Assembly: GCA_030626465.1 (NCBI GenBank)
Contig: DAOUOU010000002.1
Coordinates: 1-36,410, forward strand
Reading direction: 5' to 3'
Source of the DNA: Bacteroidales bacterium
GTDB taxonomy: Bacteria; Bacteroidota; Bacteroidia; Bacteroidales; UBA10428
DNA length: 36,410 bases
In this document: positions 1 to 9,027 of the stretch, piece after piece
How positions within the stretch are numbered: position 1 is the first letter of the stretch
Layout of the letters: each line of letters opens with the position of its first letter
Program-made: the position numbers and the translations under genes
The notes under the pieces: generated by a model
Databases searched by the model: none
Told to the model about the DNA's origin: nothing
What the model saw: the letters and a program-made list of their open reading frames with translations, nothing else

Positions 1-72
1 ACTTCCGAATCAGTACTACCCAGTCTTCGCCAGCTGCTGCTGGCGAAGACTGGGTAGTACTGATTCGGAAGT
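1..72. repeat. Perfect inverted repeat at the window edge (arms 1-34 and 39-72, spacer TGCT). Origin uncertain, probably a foldback or assembly artefact.
   Basis: ACTTCCGAATCAGTACTACCCAGTCTTCGCCAGC at 1-34 is the exact reverse complement of 39-72. The arms are visibly more GC-rich than the rest of the window. Confidence 0.85.
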
Positions 73-310
73 AGGTGGTGACTACTGCGCCCGAAATGCT
101 TAAGATACCTGGTTTAGGAAAATATATCCAATGTCACCGGGAACTTATACAATTGACATAATATGGCATGTTCGCTGGTAGAAGGCAAACTGCCAGTGGG
201 AAAGCATACAATTGAACGGAACGCTCAAAACTTTCCTGCCGGTATTTATCTTTATCGAATTAAAGTCAACGATTTTTCTACTTCCGGAAGACTTGTTATT
301 AGTGAACAGA
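41..310 (+). pseudogene. Degenerate remnant of a T9SS C-terminal sorting domain (3' end of a decayed secreted-protein gene)
   Basis: Frame 2 is open over 41-100, hits TAA at 101-103, then reads DTWFRKIYPMSPGTYTIDII (compare the YPNP start of a CTD) before a stop at 179. Frame 1 from 163 reads LVEGKLPVGKHTIERNAQNFPAGIYLYRIKVNDFSTSGRLVI, which is typical of the CTD end. One nonsense codon plus one frameshift are needed to join the parts. Confidence 0.45.
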
Positions 311-370
311 AAAGCAGACCGATATCATTTGGTTGTATATTGGAACAACACCTAAAATCTTATAATCCAT

Positions 371-444
371 TTCGAAATTGGTCTGAAATAAGAGGAGACA
401 AAGAAATCTTCGAAAGAATATCTGTTTTCGAAAATAATTCGAAA
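371..444 (+). promoter_or_regulatory. Cluster of four TTCGAAA motifs upstream of the VWA-OmpA gene; function unknown
   Basis: Exact TTCGAAA at 371-377, 409-415, 427-433 and 438-444. The TTCGAA core is palindromic. The cluster lies 96-170 bp upstream of the ATG at 540. Confidence 0.4.
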
Positions 445-539
445 GTAAATTTGTTATTTATATAGTATCTGATGTTGTATTGAACTAAACCAAAATAATC
501 ACAATAAATTCCATTTTTATAGACTAAACGGTTGAAATA

Positions 540-3509
540 ATGTGTATACTTCAGAAAATACATCCTATCCACTTTCTTTTGCTTATATTATTGGCACTTC
601 CCGTTAGCAATGGCAATCTGAAAGCTCAAAAACTATCTGCCCTGAGTCCTGATGGAAGATTTTTTGCCACCTTGGAATGGGAAAAAGATACTATGGAAGA
701 AAGAAGCGGATACCTGGCTTACAGTATACCCTATACAGCCATTGTGAAAAGCAGTACTTATTTGATAAATGTTTACGATCTGGAGGAACAGCAAAGATTG
801 CAGATGATTAGGTTTACCATTAAAAACGAACCTCTACCCGATACGCTTGTATTAAGTCCCAATACACAAAATTTTTATTTCCGTATGAAGTATCATTACT
901 TCGTGTTTCATACGCGTACGGGCAAAATGGTGGGCGATTATTATTATCCTGATCAGAGAACAATTGCTCGTCTTAGGAATCAGAAAAACATATCGCCTGA
1001 ATATTTCCAATGGCAGAATATCATAGCTTTTCCACTGCATGATAATCTCTTTATTGTACGCCAGGGAACGCGACTTTTAGCTATTGATGCGCAGAGTGGT
1101 GAAGTATTGGATACCTATACGGGTTTTTCAAAAAATGCTTATTCCGGGAAACTTGATTTTAGCAGCGATGATAATTACATAGTTATGCAGGATACCCGAA
1201 AACGATTCTATGTCTGGAAAACCGGAAGAAAGAAAATAGTAAAACGGTTGACTGGAGATGAATTGACATTGTCGAGCGATAATAAAAGGATTATTTTAAA
1301 TAAGACTTCTGGTACAAACTTTTATGTTTATAATTTCAAGCTACCATCCGGAATAAGAGGAACACGATCAAGTAAAAATTCATTATTTAAAAATTATCCG
1401 CCTCCTTCTCCCTCAAAAAAGGTCATTGTGTATTATCCGGACAAACAGGATTATAAGCTTGTGAAATTAAGTCCAACGGGAAAGTACCTTCTGGTAGGGA
1501 TTGTAAATGACAGATTATCAAACTTCTACATGATTTTCAATGTTGAATCTCAGCAACTACTGGATTATTTTGAAGAGCGCCGTTCGGATAAAAGAGGCGT
1601 CAAGATAAGCTGGATATCCGATAATGTTATAGAGGTAATAGACTCCGAAAAGACAGCAAGAATTTATAATGTACCGCTTGGAGATTCTCCCCTCCGGGCC
1701 GATTTCAGTATTCCTGAAATTCCTTTGTATTTAAATCCTAATGCTTCACTACGAAAGATGCGAAAAAATAGAGTAGTATCTTCTCAAAAGGACTATGTAG
1801 TCTTTCCCTTCATTACTAAAAATAAGCATGGATTTATTATTAAAAATACTCTCTCAGCAAACCAGGAGTCTCTTATCATAAACGATTATGACTTTTTTTC
1901 ATTTACGCCAGATGGAAAAGAGGTTGTATTGATATCGTCGGATAGTATACCATTAAAGCTTAGTATTTCAGAACTTTTCGAAAAAAGGAAAATACCTGAC
2001 GGCTATATCGATGGATTTGATAATGAAATAAAGCTTATTACCGAAGACTGGATAAAAGAAGATGGGAATCCTCCTAAAGGCTATACTTATTACAGGTTGG
2101 ATACTATACTTCCATTTGGTGCGGTTAAAAATGACATTACAATAAACATCGTAAAAAAATCCATAAATTTTAAAGATTCCACAATAACGTTACATGCCCA
2201 TTTGTTAGATAATATTGGGAACTATTTTTCCGGTGCAAGCGGTGATAAGGATTATATCTGGTGCGGTTTGTTTGTACGTCGTCCCGATGGGAAGCTTGAA
2301 GAAATTGAAGACTTTACTGTGAAGGAGTACAGTGAGAACACAAGGCTGTCAAATGCGATATCGGTTGTCATGGATCATAGTGGCTCAATGGGATACGACA
2401 GAGCATATGAGATTCAGAAAGGAGCTAAATATTTTATCAATGCTAAAAGCGACCAGGATGGCTTTGCCCTGATTAAGTACGATCATTTCATTGGTATCGA
2501 GTCTCAGTTAAGCAACGATAAAGATGAACTCAGCCATCGGCTCACTTTTAAGGGACTAAGTGGATATGGCGGTGCTACGGCATTACTTGATGGTATTAAT
2601 ACAGGTATTTCGCTAATCAAGAATGAACATGATTATGATAGAAAGGCCATTATCATACTCACCGATGGCCGTGAAAACAGCTCGATAATATCAGAGAAGA
2701 GATTATTGAAACGTGCTCTTGAAAACGATATAAGTATCTATACCATTGGATTTGGCGATTATGTAAGTGACGAATACCTTGAAGCTCTTTCTGCATATAC
2801 CGGGGGCAGTTATTATCGCATTTATAGTTCGCGCGATCTGCGATGGATTTTTAATGATATCTATAAGAAACTTAATAATTACTATGCCATAAGCTTCAAA
2901 ATAAATACCATTGGCGAACATGAACTTATTCTTAAAATCTGCATTGATCAATCAGAGCCCCTTATCACAACTTTTAATAATACCCCATTACCTCCCATTG
3001 ATAGCCTTGTTGATAAAGACTACAAGCTCAAAATACCGCATATCGATCTTATCCCTGATACATTCTTTGTTGAGGAGCCAGAGCTGGAAAAGATATTGAA
3101 AGATCTTGAACCTGTACTTTTAGTAGATAATAACGATTCTCTAACCATAATCGAAGAGTTTAACCGGTTGAAATTCCCCGATATTCGATTCGTATTTGAT
3201 AAGACCATTATTGTACCGGATACAGATAAAGGACTGGAGGATGTTATTAGTTTTCTGGAAAAATATCCTCACACAGGCATAAATATCACAGGTCATACCG
3301 ATTCTCTGGGATCTGATGCATATAATATCGATTTATCTATTCGCAGGGCAGAGAAAATAAAAAATCTGATGGTAGAGGAGGGTATAAACGCCAAACGAAT
3401 ATTTATACAGGGTAAGGGAGAAAACCTGCCCAGGATAAGTAATAAAAATCAGGAAGGCAGGTCTTTGAACCGTCGTGTAGAATTCAAACTGATTTTATCA
3501 CAAGCGTAG
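540..3509 (+). CDS. Secreted or outer-membrane-associated multidomain protein: N-terminal propeller-like repeats, von Willebrand factor A domain, C-terminal OmpA-like peptidoglycan-binding domain
   Basis: Signal peptide (HFLLLILLALPVSNGNLKAQ). Recurrent SPDG/SPTGK/TPDGK blade-like motifs. VWA MIDAS motif in VVMDHSGSM, followed by GGATAL and IIILTDGRENS (about nt 2355-2880). OmpA C-terminal motifs NITGHTDSLGSDAYNIDLSIRRAE and NRRVEFKL (about nt 3180-3500). Confidence 0.85.
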   Translation: MCILQKIHPIHFLLLILLALPVSNGNLKAQKLSALSPDGRFFATLEWEKDTMEERSGYLAYSIPYTAIVKSSTYLINVYDLEEQQRLQMIRFTIKNEPLPDTLVLSPNTQNFYFRMKYHYFVFHTRTGKMVGDYYYPDQRTIARLRNQKNISPEYFQWQNIIAFPLHDNLFIVRQGTRLLAIDAQSGEVLDTYTGFSKNAYSGKLDFSSDDNYIVMQDTRKRFYVWKTGRKKIVKRLTGDELTLSSDNKRIILNKTSGTNFYVYNFKLPSGIRGTRSSKNSLFKNYPPPSPSKKVIVYYPDKQDYKLVKLSPTGKYLLVGIVNDRLSNFYMIFNVESQQLLDYFEERRSDKRGVKISWISDNVIEVIDSEKTARIYNVPLGDSPLRADFSIPEIPLYLNPNASLRKMRKNRVVSSQKDYVVFPFITKNKHGFIIKNTLSANQESLIINDYDFFSFTPDGKEVVLISSDSIPLKLSISELFEKRKIPDGYIDGFDNEIKLITEDWIKEDGNPPKGYTYYRLDTILPFGAVKNDITINIVKKSINFKDSTITLHAHLLDNIGNYFSGASGDKDYIWCGLFVRRPDGKLEEIEDFTVKEYSENTRLSNAISVVMDHSGSMGYDRAYEIQKGAKYFINAKSDQDGFALIKYDHFIGIESQLSNDKDELSHRLTFKGLSGYGGATALLDGINTGISLIKNEHDYDRKAIIILTDGRENSSIISEKRLLKRALENDISIYTIGFGDYVSDEYLEALSAYTGGSYYRIYSSRDLRWIFNDIYKKLNNYYAISFKINTIGEHELILKICIDQSEPLITTFNNTPLPPIDSLVDKDYKLKIPHIDLIPDTFFVEEPELEKILKDLEPVLLVDNNDSLTIIEEFNRLKFPDIRFVFDKTIIVPDTDKGLEDVISFLEKYPHTGINITGHTDSLGSDAYNIDLSIRRAEKIKNLMVEEGINAKRIFIQGKGENLPRISNKNQEGRSLNRRVEFKLILSQA

Positions 3510-3758
3510 AAAATATAGTTACCTTTTCTTCGGTCACAATTTTTTCCGGATCGGTGAGAGCACCAATGGCTGCTTTTTTTTCTGTGTTTCAACAGGACAT
3601 GGAGATTAGCAGAAAAAGCATTTTGTAACCTCCGGCAAAGCAGAGGTACCTGCTTATGAATTTAATAATAGGCTAAGCATATATAATGCATTCTTTCGAA
3701 TTGCTTCAATCCAATTGTCTTCCCCACTATACATTACATTTATCAATTCATTCGATTT

Positions 3759-4760
3759 TCATCCCTTATAACTTTCAACCAGGACCTTTTTAACCGTCTC
3801 CGGAGAGACCTCTCGCATGCAATGACAGTTCAGGCTTTTTCTGCAATCATTACATTCGGTGTCTTTTACCAGTACATGAACCTGTTTGCCCAGTGGTGCC
3901 CACCGGCCGGGATGCATTGGCCTGATTGGAGGGTAGATACCAACAGTAGTTTTTCCTAACGCAGCTGCAATATGCAGGGGACCGGTGCTGCAAGCAACCA
4001 TACCATCTGTCATAGAGAGGAAAATGACAAATTCATTGAGGGTAAAAGTGCCGGTAATATTTGTTACCTTATCTTTATTCCTTTCAAGAAACTCTTTCAT
4101 AAGTTCAGCCTCGTCCTGTGTTCCTGTTATAAAAATCTTGAATTGATCTTCCGGTAACAGCCGTATAAGCCTTTCAAAATTTTCCAATCCCCATTCCCGT
4201 GCGCTGCCTTTTGATTTCGGGTGTAATACGATATTTTTTCTTTTACTATCCAGTAGTTGTCCAAATATTTTTTTAGTTTCTTCAGGATTTTCAAAACCAT
4301 AGTACTGCCAGAATTTTTCTATAGGAGGTATATTGATTTCAAGAGGTTTCAACAATATGCAATTAAGCTGTGCTTCGTGCAAATCAGATTTTCGTCGACT
4401 GAAGTTTATGGACTTGTTGCATGTGAGCCAATGATAAGTTCTATGAGATGTTCCAATACGATTCGTAATTGAAGCTTTTTTTGCGATTCTTGCAATAGTT
4501 TTGTCAGGAAAGACATGAATAAACCAGTCGGCTTCAAGTTTGCTGAAGACTCCTATTCTTTCCTTTGAAGACAATTGCTTAATCTTATCCCAGTTCAGAA
4601 AGAGATCAACGTGCCTGGAAAGCTGAATAACTGGTTGAGTATAGGTTCTGCCAAGGAAGGTAATTTTTGATTCGGGATATTTTTCTTTCAGCATGCCTGC
4701 AATGGGCAGGGTGAGAATAACATCACCAATGCTGTCAGTTCGACTTAATACAATATGCAT
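3759..4760 (-). CDS. Glycosyltransferase family 9 protein (heptosyltransferase-like)
   Basis: N-terminal RTDSIGDVILTLP and C-terminal DGMVACSTGPLHIAAALGKTTVGIY match the GT9 pattern. It lies 61 nt downstream of murF/alr on the same strand. Confidence 0.8.
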   Translation of the reverse strand: MHIVLSRTDSIGDVILTLPIAGMLKEKYPESKITFLGRTYTQPVIQLSRHVDLFLNWDKIKQLSSKERIGVFSKLEADWFIHVFPDKTIARIAKKASITNRIGTSHRTYHWLTCNKSINFSRRKSDLHEAQLNCILLKPLEINIPPIEKFWQYYGFENPEETKKIFGQLLDSKRKNIVLHPKSKGSAREWGLENFERLIRLLPEDQFKIFITGTQDEAELMKEFLERNKDKVTNITGTFTLNEFVIFLSMTDGMVACSTGPLHIAAALGKTTVGIYPPIRPMHPGRWAPLGKQVHVLVKDTECNDCRKSLNCHCMREVSPETVKKVLVESYKG

Positions 4761-4821
4761 GATTTTTTTTGTAAACTATATAATGGCATTGTAAAAAGTT
4801 ATCCTTTCACTTTGCATTCTG

Positions 4822-7284
4822 TTATTCGTTAATATAGATTCGATTTACCCGTGATGATATACTTGTAAGCACTTCATAGGGAATTGTGTCAATCTTTTTT
4901 GCGAGCTCATGAATCGGATTTTTCTCTCCGAAAACGATAACCTCATCTCCCTCTCTGACTTTGAGTCCCGTGACATCAATCATACACATATCCATACAAA
5001 TATCTCCTACAAAAGGCACATATTGATCCTTTATGACAACCTGGCCGTTATGGTTTCCTAATTTTCGATTCAATCCGTCTGCATAACCTACAGGTATAAT
5101 CGCAATTGAGGAATCACGATCGACTCTTCCCCGACGATTGTATCCTATTGTATCATTTCGGGTAACTGATTTTATTTGGCTTATTTGTGTTTTAAGTGTG
5201 CTGATTGTTTTTAACTTTTTTTGAATGCCGGATATTCCATGTAGTCCAATGCCCAATCTCACCATCTCATAATGAGCTTGCGGAAACCTTTCTATTCCTG
5301 CCGAATTCACAATATGCCGCAATGGTTTGTATCCAATGTGATTTGAGAGGGTATTGTACATGTCCTGAAAAATTTGAATTTGCTTTGTTGTGAAAGCATC
5401 TTCATCCGGGCTATCGGACGCAGCAAGATGTGAGAACAAGGCTTTCACTTTTATGTTTCGGTATGTTGATAGTCTTTTTGCTAACTCAGGGATCTCATCG
5501 GGCATAAAACCCAGGCGGTGCATGCCTGAATCAAGTTTGATCTGAACAGGGTAATCAATGATCTGACTGGCTGAAATGACTTTAGAAATAGCTTCCAGTC
5601 CGCTAAAACTATAAATTTCCGGTTCAAGCTGGTATTCAATTAATTTTTCATAGCTATCGGCGGATGGCAACATGATTAAAATCGGCAGGGTAATTCCTGC
5701 CTGTCGTAATTCAACTCCTTCATCGGCAAACGCTACACCCAGGTAATCAACCTTTTCGTGTTGTAAAAGACTGGCAATTTCGTAGCTGCCACTTCCGTAA
5801 GATAGTGCCTTTACCATGACCATTATTTTGGTACCGGCTTGCAAACTATTTCTAAAGTAGTTCAGGTTTGACACCAGATGGTTCAGATTTATCTCAAGCA
5901 CCGTAGTATGTTTTTTTTCTGAAAGTGCCTTTACTATTTCTTCGAAACCAAATTCCCTTGCACCTTTGATGAGTATTGAGTGATCAGAAAGATCAAATCC
6001 CGACAGACTATTCAGAAGTTCTCCGGTTGTTTCGTAGCGTATTGTTCCTGCAGGTAAATTTCTAAAATTTGATAGGTGAGGACCAATCGCAATAAGCTGG
6101 TCGATCTGGTATGAACTTAGCAATTTCATGACCCCGGAATAGAGTTCATTGCTTGTTTGCCCCGATTGTTGTATGTCTGACAATATTAGTGCATATTTCT
6201 TATGCTGTTTTTGCATCGACAAATAGTCAAGCGCTATCCTCAGGGAGTTGTAATCAGAATTATAACTATCGTTGATAATGGTACTGTTATTTATACCCCT
6301 GACTTGCTCCAGTCGCATTGCTACAGGAGTAAGATCCTTGAGTGCATGCTGAATTGCTTGTATATCATTCTTATTATGAAGAAGAAATGTTATGATATGC
6401 AAACAATTTTCCAGAGATGCATCATCGGTGAATGGTATGGTTAATTTGTAAGTTTCTTTTGCGACAGATAGGGTCAGTAATGTATAATGTTTTTTCTTTT
6501 CAGTGCCGGTAACAGAGAGAAAACATTCCGTACAATGCTTTGACCAGCTTATCAGTTGTTTTGAACTTAAAATCCGGTCGGCTGATATAGCTTCACGGAT
6601 AATTTCATGATCATAACAATAGTAGATTATTTTTGCATGCTTGAAAAGTGTAAGTTTTTCCCTGGCTTTCTGTTCAAGATTTTTAAAATTCTCCTGATGG
6701 GCCGGTCCCAGGTTTGTAATTATTCCATAGTCCGGGCCTATGGTTTTCTCAAGCTTTTGCATTTCTCCCGTTCGGGAGATACCTGCTTCAATAATTGCCC
6801 ATGAGGCATGTTCATTGAGCATCCATATTGATAGAGGTACTCCAATTTGTGAATTATAACTTCTTGGACTTCTGCTTACAATGGATTTGTATGATAGACA
6901 CTGAAACAACCATTCTTTAACAACAGTTTTGCCATTACTTCCGGTAATGGCAACAAAGGGCATACTTAACTGCCTTCGATAATGAGCAGCAAGCTTTTGA
7001 AGTGCTTCAACAGAGTCGGGTACTATAACGAAATTGGCATCATTTATTTTAGAGTTTATTATTGATGGATCTTCAATCAAAAAGTTTCTCAACCCTCTTT
7101 CATATAAATCATTGATGTACAAATGACCATTGTGTCGCTCTCCTTTAATAGCAATAAATATGCTTCTGTCTTTGTTACTTATTCGTCGACTGTCGATTTC
7201 TAACAAGTCAACAATTTGGGTTTTACTACCTTTGATTTTACCCCCGGTGATCTTAGAGATTTGTTCCAGATTGAATTCAGGCAT
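4822..7284 (-). CDS. murF/alr: Bifunctional UDP-N-acetylmuramoyl-tripeptide--D-alanyl-D-alanine ligase (MurF) / alanine racemase fusion
   Basis: Mur ligase P-loop ITGSNGKTVVKEW in the N-terminal half. The C-terminal half has the racemase PLP-lysine context VMVKALSYGSGS plus PVGYADGLNR and CMDMCMIDV. 820 aa. Confidence 0.9.
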   Translation of the reverse strand: MPEFNLEQISKITGGKIKGSKTQIVDLLEIDSRRISNKDRSIFIAIKGERHNGHLYINDLYERGLRNFLIEDPSIINSKINDANFVIVPDSVEALQKLAAHYRRQLSMPFVAITGSNGKTVVKEWLFQCLSYKSIVSRSPRSYNSQIGVPLSIWMLNEHASWAIIEAGISRTGEMQKLEKTIGPDYGIITNLGPAHQENFKNLEQKAREKLTLFKHAKIIYYCYDHEIIREAISADRILSSKQLISWSKHCTECFLSVTGTEKKKHYTLLTLSVAKETYKLTIPFTDDASLENCLHIITFLLHNKNDIQAIQHALKDLTPVAMRLEQVRGINNSTIINDSYNSDYNSLRIALDYLSMQKQHKKYALILSDIQQSGQTSNELYSGVMKLLSSYQIDQLIAIGPHLSNFRNLPAGTIRYETTGELLNSLSGFDLSDHSILIKGAREFGFEEIVKALSEKKHTTVLEINLNHLVSNLNYFRNSLQAGTKIMVMVKALSYGSGSYEIASLLQHEKVDYLGVAFADEGVELRQAGITLPILIMLPSADSYEKLIEYQLEPEIYSFSGLEAISKVISASQIIDYPVQIKLDSGMHRLGFMPDEIPELAKRLSTYRNIKVKALFSHLAASDSPDEDAFTTKQIQIFQDMYNTLSNHIGYKPLRHIVNSAGIERFPQAHYEMVRLGIGLHGISGIQKKLKTISTLKTQISQIKSVTRNDTIGYNRRGRVDRDSSIAIIPVGYADGLNRKLGNHNGQVVIKDQYVPFVGDICMDMCMIDVTGLKVREGDEVIVFGEKNPIHELAKKIDTIPYEVLTSISSRVNRIYINE

Positions 7285-7628
7285 TGTACTTTTCTGATTA
7301 TTTCATTATAGCATTTTCTGTATACGGGTTCGTATATATCCTGTGCACCAATTACTACCTGTTATTCCTTCAATTCACCCTGCATGGCTTTTTTTTGTTC
7401 TTTTTACTTCAGTAAACAGCATAAAAATTAACTTTATTTACCGGGAAGATATCCTAAAATAGTGAATTGTCTGAAAAATAGCATGCATTTATTATAAAAG
7501 TAAATTTTATTAAGTTAGCAATAACTTGTAGTCGAAGATATATCATTAACTCTATATATATCCGATATACTATTTCTGCCAGTGAGTATCTTTTTTTTCA
7601 TCTTTCAGGCAAATTTCTTAAACATTCA

Positions 7629-7636
7629 TACGTTTG
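7629..7636 (+). promoter_or_regulatory. Candidate Bacteroidota -7 promoter box (TAnnTTTG)
   Basis: TACGTTTG lies 18 nt upstream of the ATG at 7654. Confidence 0.35.
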
Positions 7637-7653
7637 TATAATAAAAAACCGAA

Positions 7654-8358
7654 ATGGAATTTAAAAACACAGCGGAGGTATTACATGCTCAGGCCAGGGA
7701 GATTACAAATATGATAGCGCAACTCGAAACTTCAGATAAGATTCCTGCGATTGAGATTGATCTTTTACTTGAAAAACTTAGAAATATTTATGATCTGGTA
7801 AAGGATATGCAGACTTCACTTTCATTGACTGAGAATTCACAGAAATCGGAAATTCAAACACAAAGAGTTGAAAAAGAGCTTAGTCCTGAACCTGAGGACA
7901 TAGAGAAATCTTCAGGTGAGAATACGAAAGAAAGCATAGCTTCTGCTCGCAAACCAATTGAAAAAGAACGTGCAGGTGAAAAATCCGATGAAAGTGAAAA
8001 GCCTGAGAAGAATTCATTTGTTTCAGATCGGTTCAAATCTTCCAAGCCTACATTGAATGAAGAAATTGCTGGAAAATCAAAAAAAAAGGATATTTCATCT
8101 CAACTACAATCCTCCCCGATAAGCAGCATTTCAGGAGCAATAGGTTTGAATGAAAAATTTGAATTGATAAACGAGTTGTTTGAAGGTGATAAAGATACCT
8201 TTGAAAGTACCTTGCAAGTACTTAATATGGCAGGCAGTTTTGTAGAAGCATACAATTATCTGGATAAGAATTTCAACTGGGATATGGATAATGCTTATGT
8301 ACAAAGAATTCTTGAGCTAATTCGACGAAAGTTAATCGTACGACGAAATGAACAGTAA
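7654..8358 (+). CDS. Hypothetical protein with an acidic, Ser/Lys-rich low-complexity centre
   Basis: 234-aa ORF with an ATG start. The N- and C-terminal parts look structured and the centre is E/K/S-rich. It overlaps the rsmI start by 11 nt. No recognisable motif. Confidence 0.55.
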   Translation: MEFKNTAEVLHAQAREITNMIAQLETSDKIPAIEIDLLLEKLRNIYDLVKDMQTSLSLTENSQKSEIQTQRVEKELSPEPEDIEKSSGENTKESIASARKPIEKERAGEKSDESEKPEKNSFVSDRFKSSKPTLNEEIAGKSKKKDISSQLQSSPISSISGAIGLNEKFELINELFEGDKDTFESTLQVLNMAGSFVEAYNYLDKNFNWDMDNAYVQRILELIRRKLIVRRNEQ

Positions 8359-9022
8359 GCTGTATCTGGTTCCCACACCTATTGGTAACCTTGAGGATAT
8401 TACCTTGAGAGCTCTGCGAATCCTGAAGGAGGTAAACCTGATACTTGCCGAAGATACCCGCAAAACAGGTGTACTCTTAAGGCATTTTGCAATACCGACC
8501 AGAATGCAGTCATTCCATAAATTCAATGAGCATCGAAAAGTATCTCGATCTATCGAATTATTAGAAAACGAAAGCAAAATAGCCCTGGTCTCTGATGCAG
8601 GAACACCTTCCATTTCTGATCCGGGATTTTTGCTGGTACGCGGATGCCTGCAACATAACATTGAAGTCGAATGCCTTCCCGGGGCAACTGCATTCGTTCC
8701 TGCTTTGGTAAACTCTGGTTTACCGTCGGATCGTTTTGTGTTTGAAGGTTTTCTTCCTCATAAAAAAGGCAGAGCTAAACGATTAGAAGCACTTAAGATG
8801 GAAGATCGCACCATTATTTTATACGAATCTCCACACAGATTGGTAAAAACGTTAAATCAGTTGAAAGAAGTGTTTTCTAAAGACCATAAGGTATCTGTAG
8901 CAAGAGAATTATCAAAAATTCACGAAGAAAACATCAGGGGAAACCTTGAAGAGGTTGTTGACTATTTCTCAAATGCTCAGCCAAAGGGAGAAATAGTAAT
9001 TGTCATAAGTCCGGTTCTATAG
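8348..9022 (+). CDS. rsmI: 16S rRNA (cytidine1402-2'-O)-methyltransferase RsmI
   Basis: LYLVPTPIGNLEDITLRAL, ILAEDTR and SDAGTPSISDPG are characteristic of the RsmI tetrapyrrole-methylase-fold family. Confidence 0.9.
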   Translation: MNSKLYLVPTPIGNLEDITLRALRILKEVNLILAEDTRKTGVLLRHFAIPTRMQSFHKFNEHRKVSRSIELLENESKIALVSDAGTPSISDPGFLLVRGCLQHNIEVECLPGATAFVPALVNSGLPSDRFVFEGFLPHKKGRAKRLEALKMEDRTIILYESPHRLVKTLNQLKEVFSKDHKVSVARELSKIHEENIRGNLEEVVDYFSNAQPKGEIVIVISPVL

Positions 9023-9027
9023 TCTAT

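Noticed and set aside
163-465. 100-aa ORF from the track considered as an independent gene
   Set aside because: Only its first 45 or so codons carry signal (the tail of a T9SS CTD). The rest reads through the TTCGAAA-rich non-coding stretch. It is better explained as a pseudogene tail plus read-through.
8079-8087. A9 homopolymer here, and a T9 homopolymer at 9704-9712, considered as phase-variation switches
   Set aside because: Both lie in frame in coding sequence and encode lysine runs in low-complexity or linker regions. Nine bases is short for slipped-strand switching, and nothing in the window indicates variation.
9023-9027. Very tight convergent gene junctions with no terminator (5 nt here, 12 nt at 20272-20283, 20 nt at 32895-32914)
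   Set aside because: Compact convergent junctions are common in bacterial genomes and do not in themselves indicate regulation.
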